Assembly: GCA_902634075.1 (NCBI GenBank)
Contig: CACPJA010000004.1
Coordinates: forward strand, 613 to 64,612
DNA: 64,000 nt
Reading direction: 5' to 3'
From: an uncultured Gammaproteobacteria bacterium
GTDB taxonomy: Bacteria > Pseudomonadota > Gammaproteobacteria > Steroidobacterales > UBA11654
Numbering within the stretch: the stretch's first letter is position 1; every line of letters starts with the position of its first letter. The notes under the pieces were generated by a model. The model was not told the DNA's origin. It saw nothing but the letters and a program-made list of their open reading frames with translations, and did not search any database. Made by a program: the position numbers and the translations under genes. Below, piece by piece: positions 1 to 9,173 of the stretch.

Positions 1-807
1 AGACCAAATATAAACCCTTTAGGAAACTTCATAAGACGAATTACTAATAACACCATTGCCTACTATGTTATGCGTTGGCAGAACATTAATATGCAATCTT
101 TTTTCTTTAAAAGAGCCAGAAGATACCCTAAGCGAGTAAAAGATTTCTTGATTGGTCTAGTCAAAGATCATCTTCCGGAAGATTATGATATCGAAAAACA
201 TTTCACCCCTCCCTACAACCCTTGGGATCAAAGACTTTGCTTAGTTCCTGATGGCGACTTGTTTAACTCAATCAAAGATGGCAATGCATCAGTTGTGACT
301 GACCATATTGATGAGTTCACACAAAAAGGGATAAAGTTGAAATCTGGGGATGAATTAGAGGCAGATATTATTGTTACAGCGACCGGTTTTAATGTTCTGC
401 TCTTTGGCAATATTGATATTACAGTTGATAATAAAAAAATAGACCCTTCAAAGTCCATGACCTACAAAGGGATGATGGTGAGCAACGTCCCTAATCTTAT
501 TATGACCTTTGGCTACACTAATGCCTCATGGACACTTAGAGCTGACTTAACTGCTGAATACGCCTGTCGATTATTTAACTACATGGACAAAAACGGTTAC
601 AAGTACTGTCAACCTACCCCTGATGGAGAGATTGAAATAGATGGTGAGTGGCTAGATTTCAACTCTGGTTATGTATTAAGGGTACTGGATAAACTCCCGC
701 TTCAAGGAGCACGAGACCCATGGAGAAACACACAGAACTACAAAAAAGATGTTCTTCAGTTAAGGTACGGTCGGATAACCGATAAAGAATTGAAATTTAT
801 TAGTTAA
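1..807 (+). CDS. Flavin-containing Baeyer-Villiger/EthA-type monooxygenase, C-terminal part (5' end outside window)
   Basis: The frame of ORF 70..807 stays open back to nt 1 (RPNINPLGNFIRRITNNTIAYYVMRWQ), so the gene is cut by the window edge. DGDLFNSIKDGNASVVTDHIDEFT..GIKLKSGDELEADIIVTATGFN is typical of EthA-like FAD/NADPH monooxygenases. Confidence 0.7.
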   Translation, partial: RPNINPLGNFIRRITNNTIAYYVMRWQNINMQSFFFKRARRYPKRVKDFLIGLVKDHLPEDYDIEKHFTPPYNPWDQRLCLVPDGDLFNSIKDGNASVVTDHIDEFTQKGIKLKSGDELEADIIVTATGFNVLLFGNIDITVDNKKIDPSKSMTYKGMMVSNVPNLIMTFGYTNASWTLRADLTAEYACRLFNYMDKNGYKYCQPTPDGEIEIDGEWLDFNSGYVLRVLDKLPLQGARDPWRNTQNYKKDVLQLRYGRITDKELKFIS

Positions 808-1309
808 GATTCTCAGTTATTTCAATGTATTCAGGATCTTGGTTTTCAAAAGATTGCCAATCGTCAGAGATCTTTACCTCATCTATTAGAGTTCGTTTCA
901 ATAACTTACCATTATTAAACCATTGCCACGTCCTTGATCTATGCTTTCTGTCATCAGACAACTGAATCATTTCATAGATATAGAGGTCAGGTTCATTTAT
1001 GCGTTTCCAGTAAAGAAGCATTGTTCGATCAAATTCATCGAGATCAACTGAAGCAGCCCATCCATCAATAGTTCCTGCGAATATCAATTTATTGTCTTTT
1101 ATTTCAGCAGGAAAATCTCGTAACTCTTTTTTGCCGTCTTCCCATCGATAGATATTGGTTTGATGATACTCTTCATCGCCTATAACCCTGCACAGTAGTC
1201 TTGATTTATGTTGGTCAATCTTCTCACCAGAGGAATTGTAGTATCGATAATACCCTTCCCAGACTCCGTTCTGGCTATATAGTAATGGCATACTTTTTGA
1301 TAATGTCAT
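800..1309 (-). CDS. Hypothetical soluble protein, possibly calycin/lipocalin-like beta-barrel (DUF3598-like)
   Basis: 169-aa ORF with no signal peptide. It has a GVWEGYYRYY N-terminal motif and alternating beta-type pattern. It is the last gene of a tightly packed minus-strand operon. The family call is weak. Confidence 0.4.
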   Translation of the reverse strand: MTLSKSMPLLYSQNGVWEGYYRYYNSSGEKIDQHKSRLLCRVIGDEEYHQTNIYRWEDGKKELRDFPAEIKDNKLIFAGTIDGWAASVDLDEFDRTMLLYWKRINEPDLYIYEMIQLSDDRKHRSRTWQWFNNGKLLKRTLIDEVKISDDWQSFENQDPEYIEITENLN

Positions 1310-1381
1310 AATTAAGTCTCTTAATAAAAAAAGAGGATGAGTTAAACCCCTCCCCTCAATTCTCTACATAATATCAATCAT

Positions 1382-2641
1382 TTAATTTTGATTGTAGTTT
1401 TTTCCAGCTAAGTAAAATGCTGGTAAGCATAATGCCGAGAGTAATTGGAAAGTAAGTAATGTAATTGAATAGGGGTTATCAATGCTATTTGCAATTAAAA
1501 TATCAGTCATAATTCCAGCCGCTGTCGTAGATAGCCCAATACCGACTAAATTTGTTAAAAATAAGTAATAAGCCAAAACTAATGCTTTATTTTTCTCAGG
1601 AGCAAGTTCTTGGATCGATGATGTAATTGGTCCATATAGACACCCCCACTGGAAAAAACCAAGAAACATCATTGAGAAGAAAAGAATACCAGTATCGTCA
1701 GTTAATCGATAAAAAATAATAAACGGTGAAAAAATCAATAAACACCAAAACAGAAAGGTTTGCCTCCCCTGTCCAGTTACCTTTGTAAAATAATCACTCC
1801 CTATTCCACCAAATAGATTGCCTAGGATTCCTGCTGGCAAACCAATTGTCCCACTTATGATGAGAATGTTAGCTCTGTCAAAACCCTTATCATTCACCAA
1901 CCACAGTTGATCAAAAACAAGAGCCCCAAGTATAAAATTCGCAGCTATCCCTCCGTAAATTGTCATTCTCAATCGATAACTATCTTTTATAGTCTGTCTT
2001 AATTCATATATTGATTCTTTAAAGGATTCCTTAGTTAATACTTTACCGATAGGCATCATCTTGATTGCTTGCTCTCTTTCAGGAGTTTCTTTAAATAAAA
2101 GCATCAATAGGGCCAATATCAAACCGAGTAAACCAAGAGCATAAAAACAGTTTCTCCAACCCCATAAAGGGCCAAGAAAACCTGCTATGTAAAAAGAGAG
2201 TGTTACACCAACAGGTACTGCAAGATAATAAAAGCCGGCTACAAAACCCATATTTCTCTTATTAAAGTGCTCTGATAGGTAGGATAATGACGTGGGAGTT
2301 AAGATGGATTCTCCTATTCCAATAAATATTCTCGGGAAAAAAAGCATCCAGAAATTTTTTGCCAAACCAGAGGCTGCTGTTAACAAGCTCCATAAGGCTA
2401 CTCCAAAGGCCATAAATTTAGGTCTATTAACTCGGTCAGCTATAGCTCCCATAATTACTCCCATCACAGAATAAAAAACTATGAAGGCAAGACCGGATAA
2501 AATTCCGTATTGAGTATTCGTCAGCCCAAGTTCGGGAACTATAAAATTGGAGAAACTGGTTAATAGTTGTCGATCAATAAAATTGAGAATATTTAAGACA
2601 GTTAGAAAACCGAGAACAGAAGAGCTCTTTACTGAGCTCAC
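1382..2641 (-). CDS. MFS transporter
   Basis: 419 aa with about 12 hydrophobic segments. MFS loop signature GAIADRVNRPK lies between TM2 and TM3. Its start directly abuts the stop of the upstream oxidoreductase gene. Confidence 0.85.
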   Translation of the reverse strand: MSSVKSSSVLGFLTVLNILNFIDRQLLTSFSNFIVPELGLTNTQYGILSGLAFIVFYSVMGVIMGAIADRVNRPKFMAFGVALWSLLTAASGLAKNFWMLFFPRIFIGIGESILTPTSLSYLSEHFNKRNMGFVAGFYYLAVPVGVTLSFYIAGFLGPLWGWRNCFYALGLLGLILALLMLLFKETPEREQAIKMMPIGKVLTKESFKESIYELRQTIKDSYRLRMTIYGGIAANFILGALVFDQLWLVNDKGFDRANILIISGTIGLPAGILGNLFGGIGSDYFTKVTGQGRQTFLFWCLLIFSPFIIFYRLTDDTGILFFSMMFLGFFQWGCLYGPITSSIQELAPEKNKALVLAYYLFLTNLVGIGLSTTAAGIMTDILIANSIDNPYSITLLTFQLLSALCLPAFYLAGKNYNQN

Positions 2642-3643
2642 TTAATCACGAACCTTTATAGCGATTTTGCCTATTGCTTCACGTTTTGCTAATAATTCAA
2701 TGGCATATCCCGTTTTCTCCAGTGGGTATGTTTCTACAACAAAAGGTTTAATTTTGCCTTGCTCAAACATGGCAAACAAATCTTTAAAGTTTGCAGCATT
2801 AACCAGTGGTTCTTTGACACAAAAATTACCCCAAAAGACGCCTACAATTTGACAGCCTTTGAGCAATGCTAAGTTTAAAGGTATAGATGGTATGCTTGAT
2901 GTAAAACCAATAACAAGATACCTTCCCTTCCATGCCATTGCCCTCAAGGCCGGTTCAGAATAGGCACCGCCAACAGGGTCAAAAACGACATCAACACCTT
3001 GATAATCAGTTAAAACTTTAATTTCATCCGAAAAAGCTTTTTGTGACGCCTTGTCCATGCTGTCCCTTGAATACAGGATTAATTCATCTGCTCCTTGAGT
3101 TTTACATAAGTCAAGCTTCTCTTGAGAAGAGGCAGCAGCTATAACTCTTGCGCCCATTGCTTTAGCCACATGAATTGCTGTGATGCCTAATCCGCCGGCT
3201 GCGCCCATTACTAGAACCGTTTCTTTAGGCTGCAGTTCAGCTCGTTGCTTTAGAGCATGTATGGAGGTTCCATAATTGAGGGGGAATATAGATCCAGTAA
3301 CATAATCCATTGTCTCTGGAAGAGGCATTATATTGTATGCATTGCATATGGCTTGTTCTGAGAAACCTCCGCTACCTTTAAAACCGATGACTCGATCGCC
3401 GACATTCCACATCTTTACTTTATCTCCTATCGAATTGATAACACCTGCAAATTCACCCCCAGGTGAAAATGGGAAATCAGGTTTGATCTGATACAAACCC
3501 TGAACTACTAAAACATCAGGAAATGCTACTCCGGCAGCATGGACATCGATTAAAACTTCGTGATCTCCTGGTATCGGGCTGTCAATTTCCTCAACTTTAT
3601 GTGAATTAATTGGTCCAAATTCTCTACATAGATACGCTTTCAT
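2642..3643 (-). CDS. NADPH:quinone oxidoreductase family protein (MDR superfamily)
   Basis: 333 aa. Contains PGGEFAGVI and the nucleotide-binding stretch VLVMGAAGGLGITAIHVAKAMGARV. Qor/zeta-crystallin-like layout. Confidence 0.85.
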   Translation of the reverse strand: MKAYLCREFGPINSHKVEEIDSPIPGDHEVLIDVHAAGVAFPDVLVVQGLYQIKPDFPFSPGGEFAGVINSIGDKVKMWNVGDRVIGFKGSGGFSEQAICNAYNIMPLPETMDYVTGSIFPLNYGTSIHALKQRAELQPKETVLVMGAAGGLGITAIHVAKAMGARVIAAASSQEKLDLCKTQGADELILYSRDSMDKASQKAFSDEIKVLTDYQGVDVVFDPVGGAYSEPALRAMAWKGRYLVIGFTSSIPSIPLNLALLKGCQIVGVFWGNFCVKEPLVNAANFKDLFAMFEQGKIKPFVVETYPLEKTGYAIELLAKREAIGKIAIKVRD

Positions 3644-3648
3644 TTTTA

Positions 3649-4782
3649 CTACTCTTGATTAAGGTTAAAGGATGCAATTCGATCGCCCATAAAAGTACCT
3701 AACCATACTTTTTCTTTATGTGGTACCCCTACTGTAACCGAACCCATTTGTGTTTGTTTGAATGAGAATATCTCAACCTCAGATAAATCATCTTGTCTCA
3801 ATTTATAGATCGTAAAGGGTAATGAGCATTGGACGACTGACTCGGCACAATGAATCAGTAGGTCTGTACCGGTGTTATCTTGCACTGCTACCCAAATAAA
3901 TTCTCCATAAATAGATGAATTATCTGGTGTGCCTTTGCTAAAGTGCTCAGCTTCTATAGTGAGATTTGTCAGATTTAACCTTGAGGTTCTGTGATTAAAA
4001 ACATAATTAATAAATAGATTCTTCTCATCATCTGAGATTGAGATTCCATTGGGAAATGAGCCATCAGAGTTTGGAACTTTGATAAAACCATTGTCATTAT
4101 TCCACTGATAAACATAACCGGTATCTGGTTTAGCATAAGTGATATAGGCTAAACTCAGGTAGGATATGCCTTTTTCATACATGTGAGTCGAAAAGAAGCT
4201 TCCATCACTTCTGAGAGCCACATCATTGAAATAAGCTGTTTCAGGTGCATTCACACAACCTCTCCATTGCAACACCCAATCATCATTAACATTAAGTAAC
4301 TCAAACATTTCAACAGTCTCTTGAGGCATGTGATTGATAACTGCAAGCTGATAACGTCCATCTGATCTTTGATTAAGATCAATGCCATGTGGAGAGAGCA
4401 ATAGATCATCACGTTGACAATTATTATCGCCCCATACGTTTTCGCCGAGAGTTAACTTGATTGACTTTTTTTTCATTGTATCTGTATCAAACAATGAGAT
4501 TTGCCCAGGAAGATTTTCTGGACTAAGAGGAATAATTGCCCCAAATTCAGAAATTAACAAGTGTCGATCATCTGGAAGAACGACAATATCTTCGGGTTTG
4601 CTGAATTCACAATAGACGGTTATCTGAGAATCAGATTTACAGCCAGTGATTTGAGTCACCTCATAATCTGAGGTTTGTGTGAGAAAGAGAATAAGCAGTA
4701 ATAGTATAGACAATCCGATGACTGAAGATATGGAGTAACCGATTGTTTTTATTATCCGCATAGTCGCTAAAACTTTTACCAC
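3649..4782 (-). CDS. Paraoxonase/arylesterase (PON)-family six-bladed propeller, probable Ca-dependent lactonase, N-terminally membrane anchored
   Basis: Motifs match PON1 as recalled from memory: PEDIVVLPDD, PGQISLFD, SPHGIDL..YQLAVINH..ETVEMFE, FNDVAL, FPNGISISDD, PDNSS, VWLGTFMGDR. N-terminal hydrophobic segment ISSVIGLSILLLLILFL. Confidence 0.6.
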   Translation of the reverse strand: MVKVLATMRIIKTIGYSISSVIGLSILLLLILFLTQTSDYEVTQITGCKSDSQITVYCEFSKPEDIVVLPDDRHLLISEFGAIIPLSPENLPGQISLFDTDTMKKKSIKLTLGENVWGDNNCQRDDLLLSPHGIDLNQRSDGRYQLAVINHMPQETVEMFELLNVNDDWVLQWRGCVNAPETAYFNDVALRSDGSFFSTHMYEKGISYLSLAYITYAKPDTGYVYQWNNDNGFIKVPNSDGSFPNGISISDDEKNLFINYVFNHRTSRLNLTNLTIEAEHFSKGTPDNSSIYGEFIWVAVQDNTGTDLLIHCAESVVQCSLPFTIYKLRQDDLSEVEIFSFKQTQMGSVTVGVPHKEKVWLGTFMGDRIASFNLNQE

Positions 4783-5654
4783 TCGCCTTTATCACTCATT
4801 AATGTGCCCAACAAGACTTCTTGCATATCTGCTTCTTGAGGTTCTGTTCTTTCAAGAATCCGGTTGTATCTCTCTTTAATCATTTCATCGTAATTTGTGT
4901 GTGGAAGAATATAGAATTTATTTTCACGAATTGCATCAAATGTAACCTCTGCTATTTCATTTGGCTCTTTACCTCTTTTTAGGACTGTAGCAGCCAATTT
5001 CTTTAATACGAAATTAGCTTTATTTTTGGCCGGCAAGTTCTCTGGTCGATTTCGATCTGACTCTATGATATTGGTGGCTACAAAACCTGGACATAAAACT
5101 GATGCGCTGATTTTACTTTTAGCTTTTTTTAATCCCTGCCAAAGAGATTCACTCAGTGCTAGTGCAGCGTGTTTACTTACCCCGTAGATACCCTCCCCTG
5201 GCAAAATACCTGCCAATGAGATGGTATTGATGATATGCCCTTCTTCTTTGTGCTTTATCATATGGGGCACAAAGGATTGAAGTCCATATAAAGTTCCATA
5301 AAAATTAACGCCTAGAACCCATTCCCAGTCACTTTCATCGAAATTCCATATTCCATCACCTGACACTGTGCTGGCTACACCGGCATTGTTACAAAGGATG
5401 TGAATATTCCCAAAAGCTTTAATGGATTCTTCAGCGAGATAACTAACGGCATTTTTATCCATAACATCAATTTTTAGTCCAATTGCCTCTACACCGTGAT
5501 CTGAAATCTTTTTTACTGCACTATCCAATGTATCTTGCTCTATATCAGCAAGAACAATGTTCATTTTTTCTTCTGCAAGTTTTTCTGCTAAAGCATAACC
5601 AATACCACTAGCAGCACCTGTTATAACGGCTGTTTTCCCTTTGAATTCTTTCAT
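4776..5654 (-). CDS. SDR family oxidoreductase
   Basis: TGAASGIGYA (TGxxxGxG), NNAGV, YGVSKHA (YxxxK). Overlaps the downstream gene by 7 nt. Confidence 0.9.
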   Translation of the reverse strand: MKEFKGKTAVITGAASGIGYALAEKLAEEKMNIVLADIEQDTLDSAVKKISDHGVEAIGLKIDVMDKNAVSYLAEESIKAFGNIHILCNNAGVASTVSGDGIWNFDESDWEWVLGVNFYGTLYGLQSFVPHMIKHKEEGHIINTISLAGILPGEGIYGVSKHAALALSESLWQGLKKAKSKISASVLCPGFVATNIIESDRNRPENLPAKNKANFVLKKLAATVLKRGKEPNEIAEVTFDAIRENKFYILPHTNYDEMIKERYNRILERTEPQEADMQEVLLGTLMSDKGEW

Positions 5655-5745
5655 CTATATCTCTCCATTAATTAGGCTTAAATACATATTAATCAATTGC
5701 TCCTGATTAGTGAATTTTATCAATATTAGAATTAAAGAATAGCCC

Positions 5746-6021
5746 TTATAAATAGACGCCTTCTTTAGCTAATAATGCTCTTTTTGTATTAACACCGCCT
5801 TCAGCTGAGTACCCTCCAATTGTTCCATCAGAAGCAATTACTCTGTGACAGGGAGTAATAATTGGATTTGGATTCTTGCCGCATGCATTAGCAACCGCTC
5901 TTGCTGCTTTAGGATGACCTATTGCAATAGCTATTTGCTTGTAGGATGTTGTTCTACCTTTAGGAATTCTCTTAATTTCATTCCAGACTTTTTTTTGGAA
6001 ATTCGTGCCTGAAGTTTTCAT
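5746..6021 (-). CDS. Methylated-DNA--protein-cysteine methyltransferase, stand-alone catalytic/DNA-binding domain
   Basis: 91 aa with active-site PCHRV and a helix-turn-helix region TSYKQIAIAIGHPKAARAVANA. No N-terminal Ada/Ogt domain. Confidence 0.8.
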   Translation of the reverse strand: MKTSGTNFQKKVWNEIKRIPKGRTTSYKQIAIAIGHPKAARAVANACGKNPNPIITPCHRVIASDGTIGGYSAEGGVNTKRALLAKEGVYL

Positions 6022-6088
6022 TATAGACAGATAGTACCTTCATCTATTAAATGTTAAAGTTATTATTATTTCCTAAACTAAAAATTAT

Positions 6089-7219
6089 ATGAGCGTTTCA
6101 AGAAGAAAGTTTCTTTCAAATTCAATAAAACTTGCTGGCGCAGGAGCAACGGCTAAAGTTATCCCCTTCTCAGTTTTGGCTGAGCCTATGATTTATGGTC
6201 CTCGTGAAGGATTGGCTCAGCTTCATTGGAATGAAAATTATTATGGTCCAAGTGAATTAGCAATCAAGGCAATAAAAGAATCTTCTCACAAGGGTGCTTA
6301 TTATCCTGATTTACTCGTTAATCGATTAAAATCGATGATAGCAGAACGGCATAATGTGGACACGGAGAACATAACCATTAGTGCCGGATCCACACAAGCT
6401 TTAAGTTATTTAGCCCAAGCTAAATCAAGAGAGAACCCTATAGCCACCACAGAACTTACCTGGGATTCTCATCTGGGTTATGCTCAGAATATTGGCGGTA
6501 CAGTTATTCGGGTTGATAATGGCGATAATTTAGAAATTAACCTTAAAGCTATTGAATCAATATCCGCTAAAAATATCTCATCCGTTTCTATCGTTAATCC
6601 CAATAATCCCACGGGGTTATTACTCGACTCTAACGACCTGAGGACCAGCGTTATCAATATGAGTAAAAACACTCTGGTCATTATTGATGAAGCCTACAAT
6701 GAGATCACAAATAAACCCGGCGATAATTCAATGATTGATTTGGTTAGGGACGGCTATAACGTTGCAGTATCACGTACATTTTCAAAAATATACGGGCTTG
6801 CTGGAGAGCGGATTGGCTATATTATTGCTCAACCAGATGTCATAGAAGCGATCAAGAAAAACGGCAGTGGAGAATTTTCAGTCTCCCTAGGTGGGTTAGC
6901 TGGTGCCATCGCCAGTTACAACGATGAAGCTTTTCTTAAATTCTCAAAATCTATGATCCTAGAAGCGAGAGAAATGGTCTATGAAGGCATCGCCGCAAAC
7001 GGTTTAACAGCACTTCCCTCTGAAACTAATTTTATCTTTGTTAATCTTGGTAATATCGATGCCAATGATTTCAGAGATGAAATGTTAAAAATGAATATAT
7101 TGATCAGGGGTAAGTACGGTGACTTTAATCAATGGTCAAGAATTAGCATGGGTAAATTAGAAGATATACAATCTTATATCGATGCCATTCCAGTTGCCCT
7201 AGAACAACTCAGAGCCTAA
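6089..7219 (+). CDS. Class I/II PLP-dependent aminotransferase (HisC-like) with twin-arginine signal peptide
   Basis: N-terminus MSVSRRKFLSNSIKLAGAGATAKVIPFSVLA (SRRxFL Tat motif). NPNNPTG; PLP-lysine block SRTFSKIYGLAGERIGY. Confidence 0.8.
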   Translation: MSVSRRKFLSNSIKLAGAGATAKVIPFSVLAEPMIYGPREGLAQLHWNENYYGPSELAIKAIKESSHKGAYYPDLLVNRLKSMIAERHNVDTENITISAGSTQALSYLAQAKSRENPIATTELTWDSHLGYAQNIGGTVIRVDNGDNLEINLKAIESISAKNISSVSIVNPNNPTGLLLDSNDLRTSVINMSKNTLVIIDEAYNEITNKPGDNSMIDLVRDGYNVAVSRTFSKIYGLAGERIGYIIAQPDVIEAIKKNGSGEFSVSLGGLAGAIASYNDEAFLKFSKSMILEAREMVYEGIAANGLTALPSETNFIFVNLGNIDANDFRDEMLKMNILIRGKYGDFNQWSRISMGKLEDIQSYIDAIPVALEQLRA

Positions 7220-8059
7220 TTATTTAAACATGTCTTCAGCGTCAGGAAAACTATCTAAGAGTTGAGTTTGTAGGCTTTGCATCCCTTCGATCCATCGATC
7301 ATAATCTTGGGCTTTCATCTTAATATAATCGAGCACCTTTTCATGTGGGGCAATTAAAAACTGATCACTTTCAATAGCATTAATAACGTCACTAGCAACA
7401 TCTGCTGGTTCCATAATCCCATCAATTCCAACTAGTGCGCTTACAATGCCCGGAGCATCTTCTACCATTGAGGTTCTTACTCCTTGAGGACACAGACATG
7501 ACACACCAATTCCCTTCTTTCCGTATGTTATTGCAAGCCATTCTGCAAAACTGACTGCTGCTGCTTTAGTGACCGAATAACCAGCTGCTCCGATCTGAGT
7601 GAGCAGACCTGCTGCTGAGGCAGTGTTAACAAAATAACCACTTTCTTGTTCTAACATTTGTGGAAGAGAATGTTTTGCTGCATAAATATGAGACATAACA
7701 TTAACGCCCCATATATTTAACCAATCTTCTTCGGTTGTGTTTAACAAACCGCTTTCACCACCGACACCCGCGTTTGAACAAAAAATATCTATTCCGCCCA
7801 TAGAAGAGTTAGAAGTTGAAATGATATTCTTGATTTCGGCTTCAGATGAAACATCAGCAGTGATATATTCTACATTTAAATCGCCAGCTGTCTGTTTTAA
7901 AGCTTCTTCATTGATATCAACAATAACAACTTCTGCTCCGGACTCTAGGAATGATTCGGTCATGGCTTTTCCTATACCAAAAGCAGCCCCAGTGACAATT
8001 ACTCGTTTACCTTTAACTTCCATAGTATTAGACATTCTAATAAACTCTTGATGATACAC
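7220..8059 (-). CDS. SDR family oxidoreductase
   Basis: TGAAFGIGKA, SNAGVGG, YSVTKAA. The true start may be an internal ATG at 8035 or 8023. Confidence 0.85.
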   Translation of the reverse strand: MYHQEFIRMSNTMEVKGKRVIVTGAAFGIGKAMTESFLESGAEVVIVDINEEALKQTAGDLNVEYITADVSSEAEIKNIISTSNSSMGGIDIFCSNAGVGGESGLLNTTEEDWLNIWGVNVMSHIYAAKHSLPQMLEQESGYFVNTASAAGLLTQIGAAGYSVTKAAAVSFAEWLAITYGKKGIGVSCLCPQGVRTSMVEDAPGIVSALVGIDGIMEPADVASDVINAIESDQFLIAPHEKVLDYIKMKAQDYDRWIEGMQSLQTQLLDSFPDAEDMFK

Positions 8060-8073
8060 AAGGGAGAGATGTT

Positions 8074-8724
8074 ATGCAGATTCAATTAGTTTCTAAAGAT
8101 AATCATGAACTAGATGCTTATGTTAGCTCTCCTCAAAACGAGGAAAAAGGCTCCATTATCATTATTCAAGAAATCTTTGGTATTACCAGTCATATAGAAT
8201 CTGTTTGCCAATCATTTGCTAATAAAGGCTATAAAGCCATAGCACCTGCCCTATTTGACCGATTTGAAAAAAATATTGTTCTTGATTACAGCCAGATTGA
8301 AGAAGGTAAATCGTTTAAAGAGCGATTAGATATCACTCACGCAATAAATGATATTGATGCAGCCATCTCAATCTGTGATAACCCAGTGGCTATTGTGGGT
8401 TATTGTTTCGGTGGCATGTTGACTCATATCGCAGCATCAAAGTTAAACGTGAGTTGTGCGGTTAGTTACTACGGTGGCTTGATCGCTGAGAATCATTTAG
8501 ACCAATCGCCTAATTGCCCAATAATGTATCACTTTGGAGAGCAAGATATAGCAATTCCGATGGAAAATGTGGATCTCATTAAGGAACATTACCCTGAGGC
8601 GATTGTCCACACTTACCCTGAAGCAGGGCATGGATTTAACTGTGAAATGAGAAACGATTATCATCGACCTTCAGCAGGGCTTGCGTTTGAAAGATCGATT
8701 AATTTTCTAGAGGAAAATATTTAG
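8074..8724 (+). CDS. Dienelactone hydrolase family protein
   Basis: 216 aa. Nucleophile motif GYCFGG and C-terminal GHGF histidine motif. Typical DLH length. Confidence 0.85.
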   Translation: MQIQLVSKDNHELDAYVSSPQNEEKGSIIIIQEIFGITSHIESVCQSFANKGYKAIAPALFDRFEKNIVLDYSQIEEGKSFKERLDITHAINDIDAAISICDNPVAIVGYCFGGMLTHIAASKLNVSCAVSYYGGLIAENHLDQSPNCPIMYHFGEQDIAIPMENVDLIKEHYPEAIVHTYPEAGHGFNCEMRNDYHRPSAGLAFERSINFLEENI

Positions 8725-9110
8725 GCATTTTTAAGTGCACGATAACGCCACGAGCACAATAAAAAGACTGCAAGATCAACCACAAATATCGTCCAAAGAG
8801 TCTGGTCAGGCATTCCATCAAGAAATATTCCTAACGTACGCCCAATAACAAAACTCCCGTTGAGTAGAGCTAAAATGAAATAAGTTCTGATTTGCAATTC
8901 ATTTCTAAATATAGCTAGAACTGACAACACGCCCAATGCGGTGAAGAACGTATACTGAGCTCTGAACTCACTAAAGGCTGTAATCTCATTAAAGGTAAAC
9001 CCTATAATATTTGAAAGTGCAATAGGGTCTAGTAAACCCCATAGTCCAAACAACAAATATTCAAAGGCCAATAAGATAAGGAGAATATTATCGATTAAAT
9101 TATTTTTCAT
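8721..9110 (-). CDS. Small integral membrane protein (DUF4345-like)
   Basis: 129 aa with four hydrophobic helices. Its stop codon overlaps the stop of the convergent hydrolase gene. Confidence 0.5.
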   Translation of the reverse strand: MKNNLIDNILLILLAFEYLLFGLWGLLDPIALSNIIGFTFNEITAFSEFRAQYTFFTALGVLSVLAIFRNELQIRTYFILALLNGSFVIGRTLGIFLDGMPDQTLWTIFVVDLAVFLLCSWRYRALKNA

Positions 9111-9148
9111 ATTGTTATTTTAGCAAAAACCTTACCTTTGTGAATCTG

Positions 9149-9162
9149 AATAGATTTGTTAG
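9149..9162 (+). repeat. Copy 1 of exact 14-nt direct repeat AATAGATTTGTTAG, 11 nt upstream of the LLM gene ATG
   Basis: Read directly from the sequence. Identical 14-mer at 10217..10230. Confidence 0.9.
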
Positions 9163-9173
9163 TCTTGGTGTTT

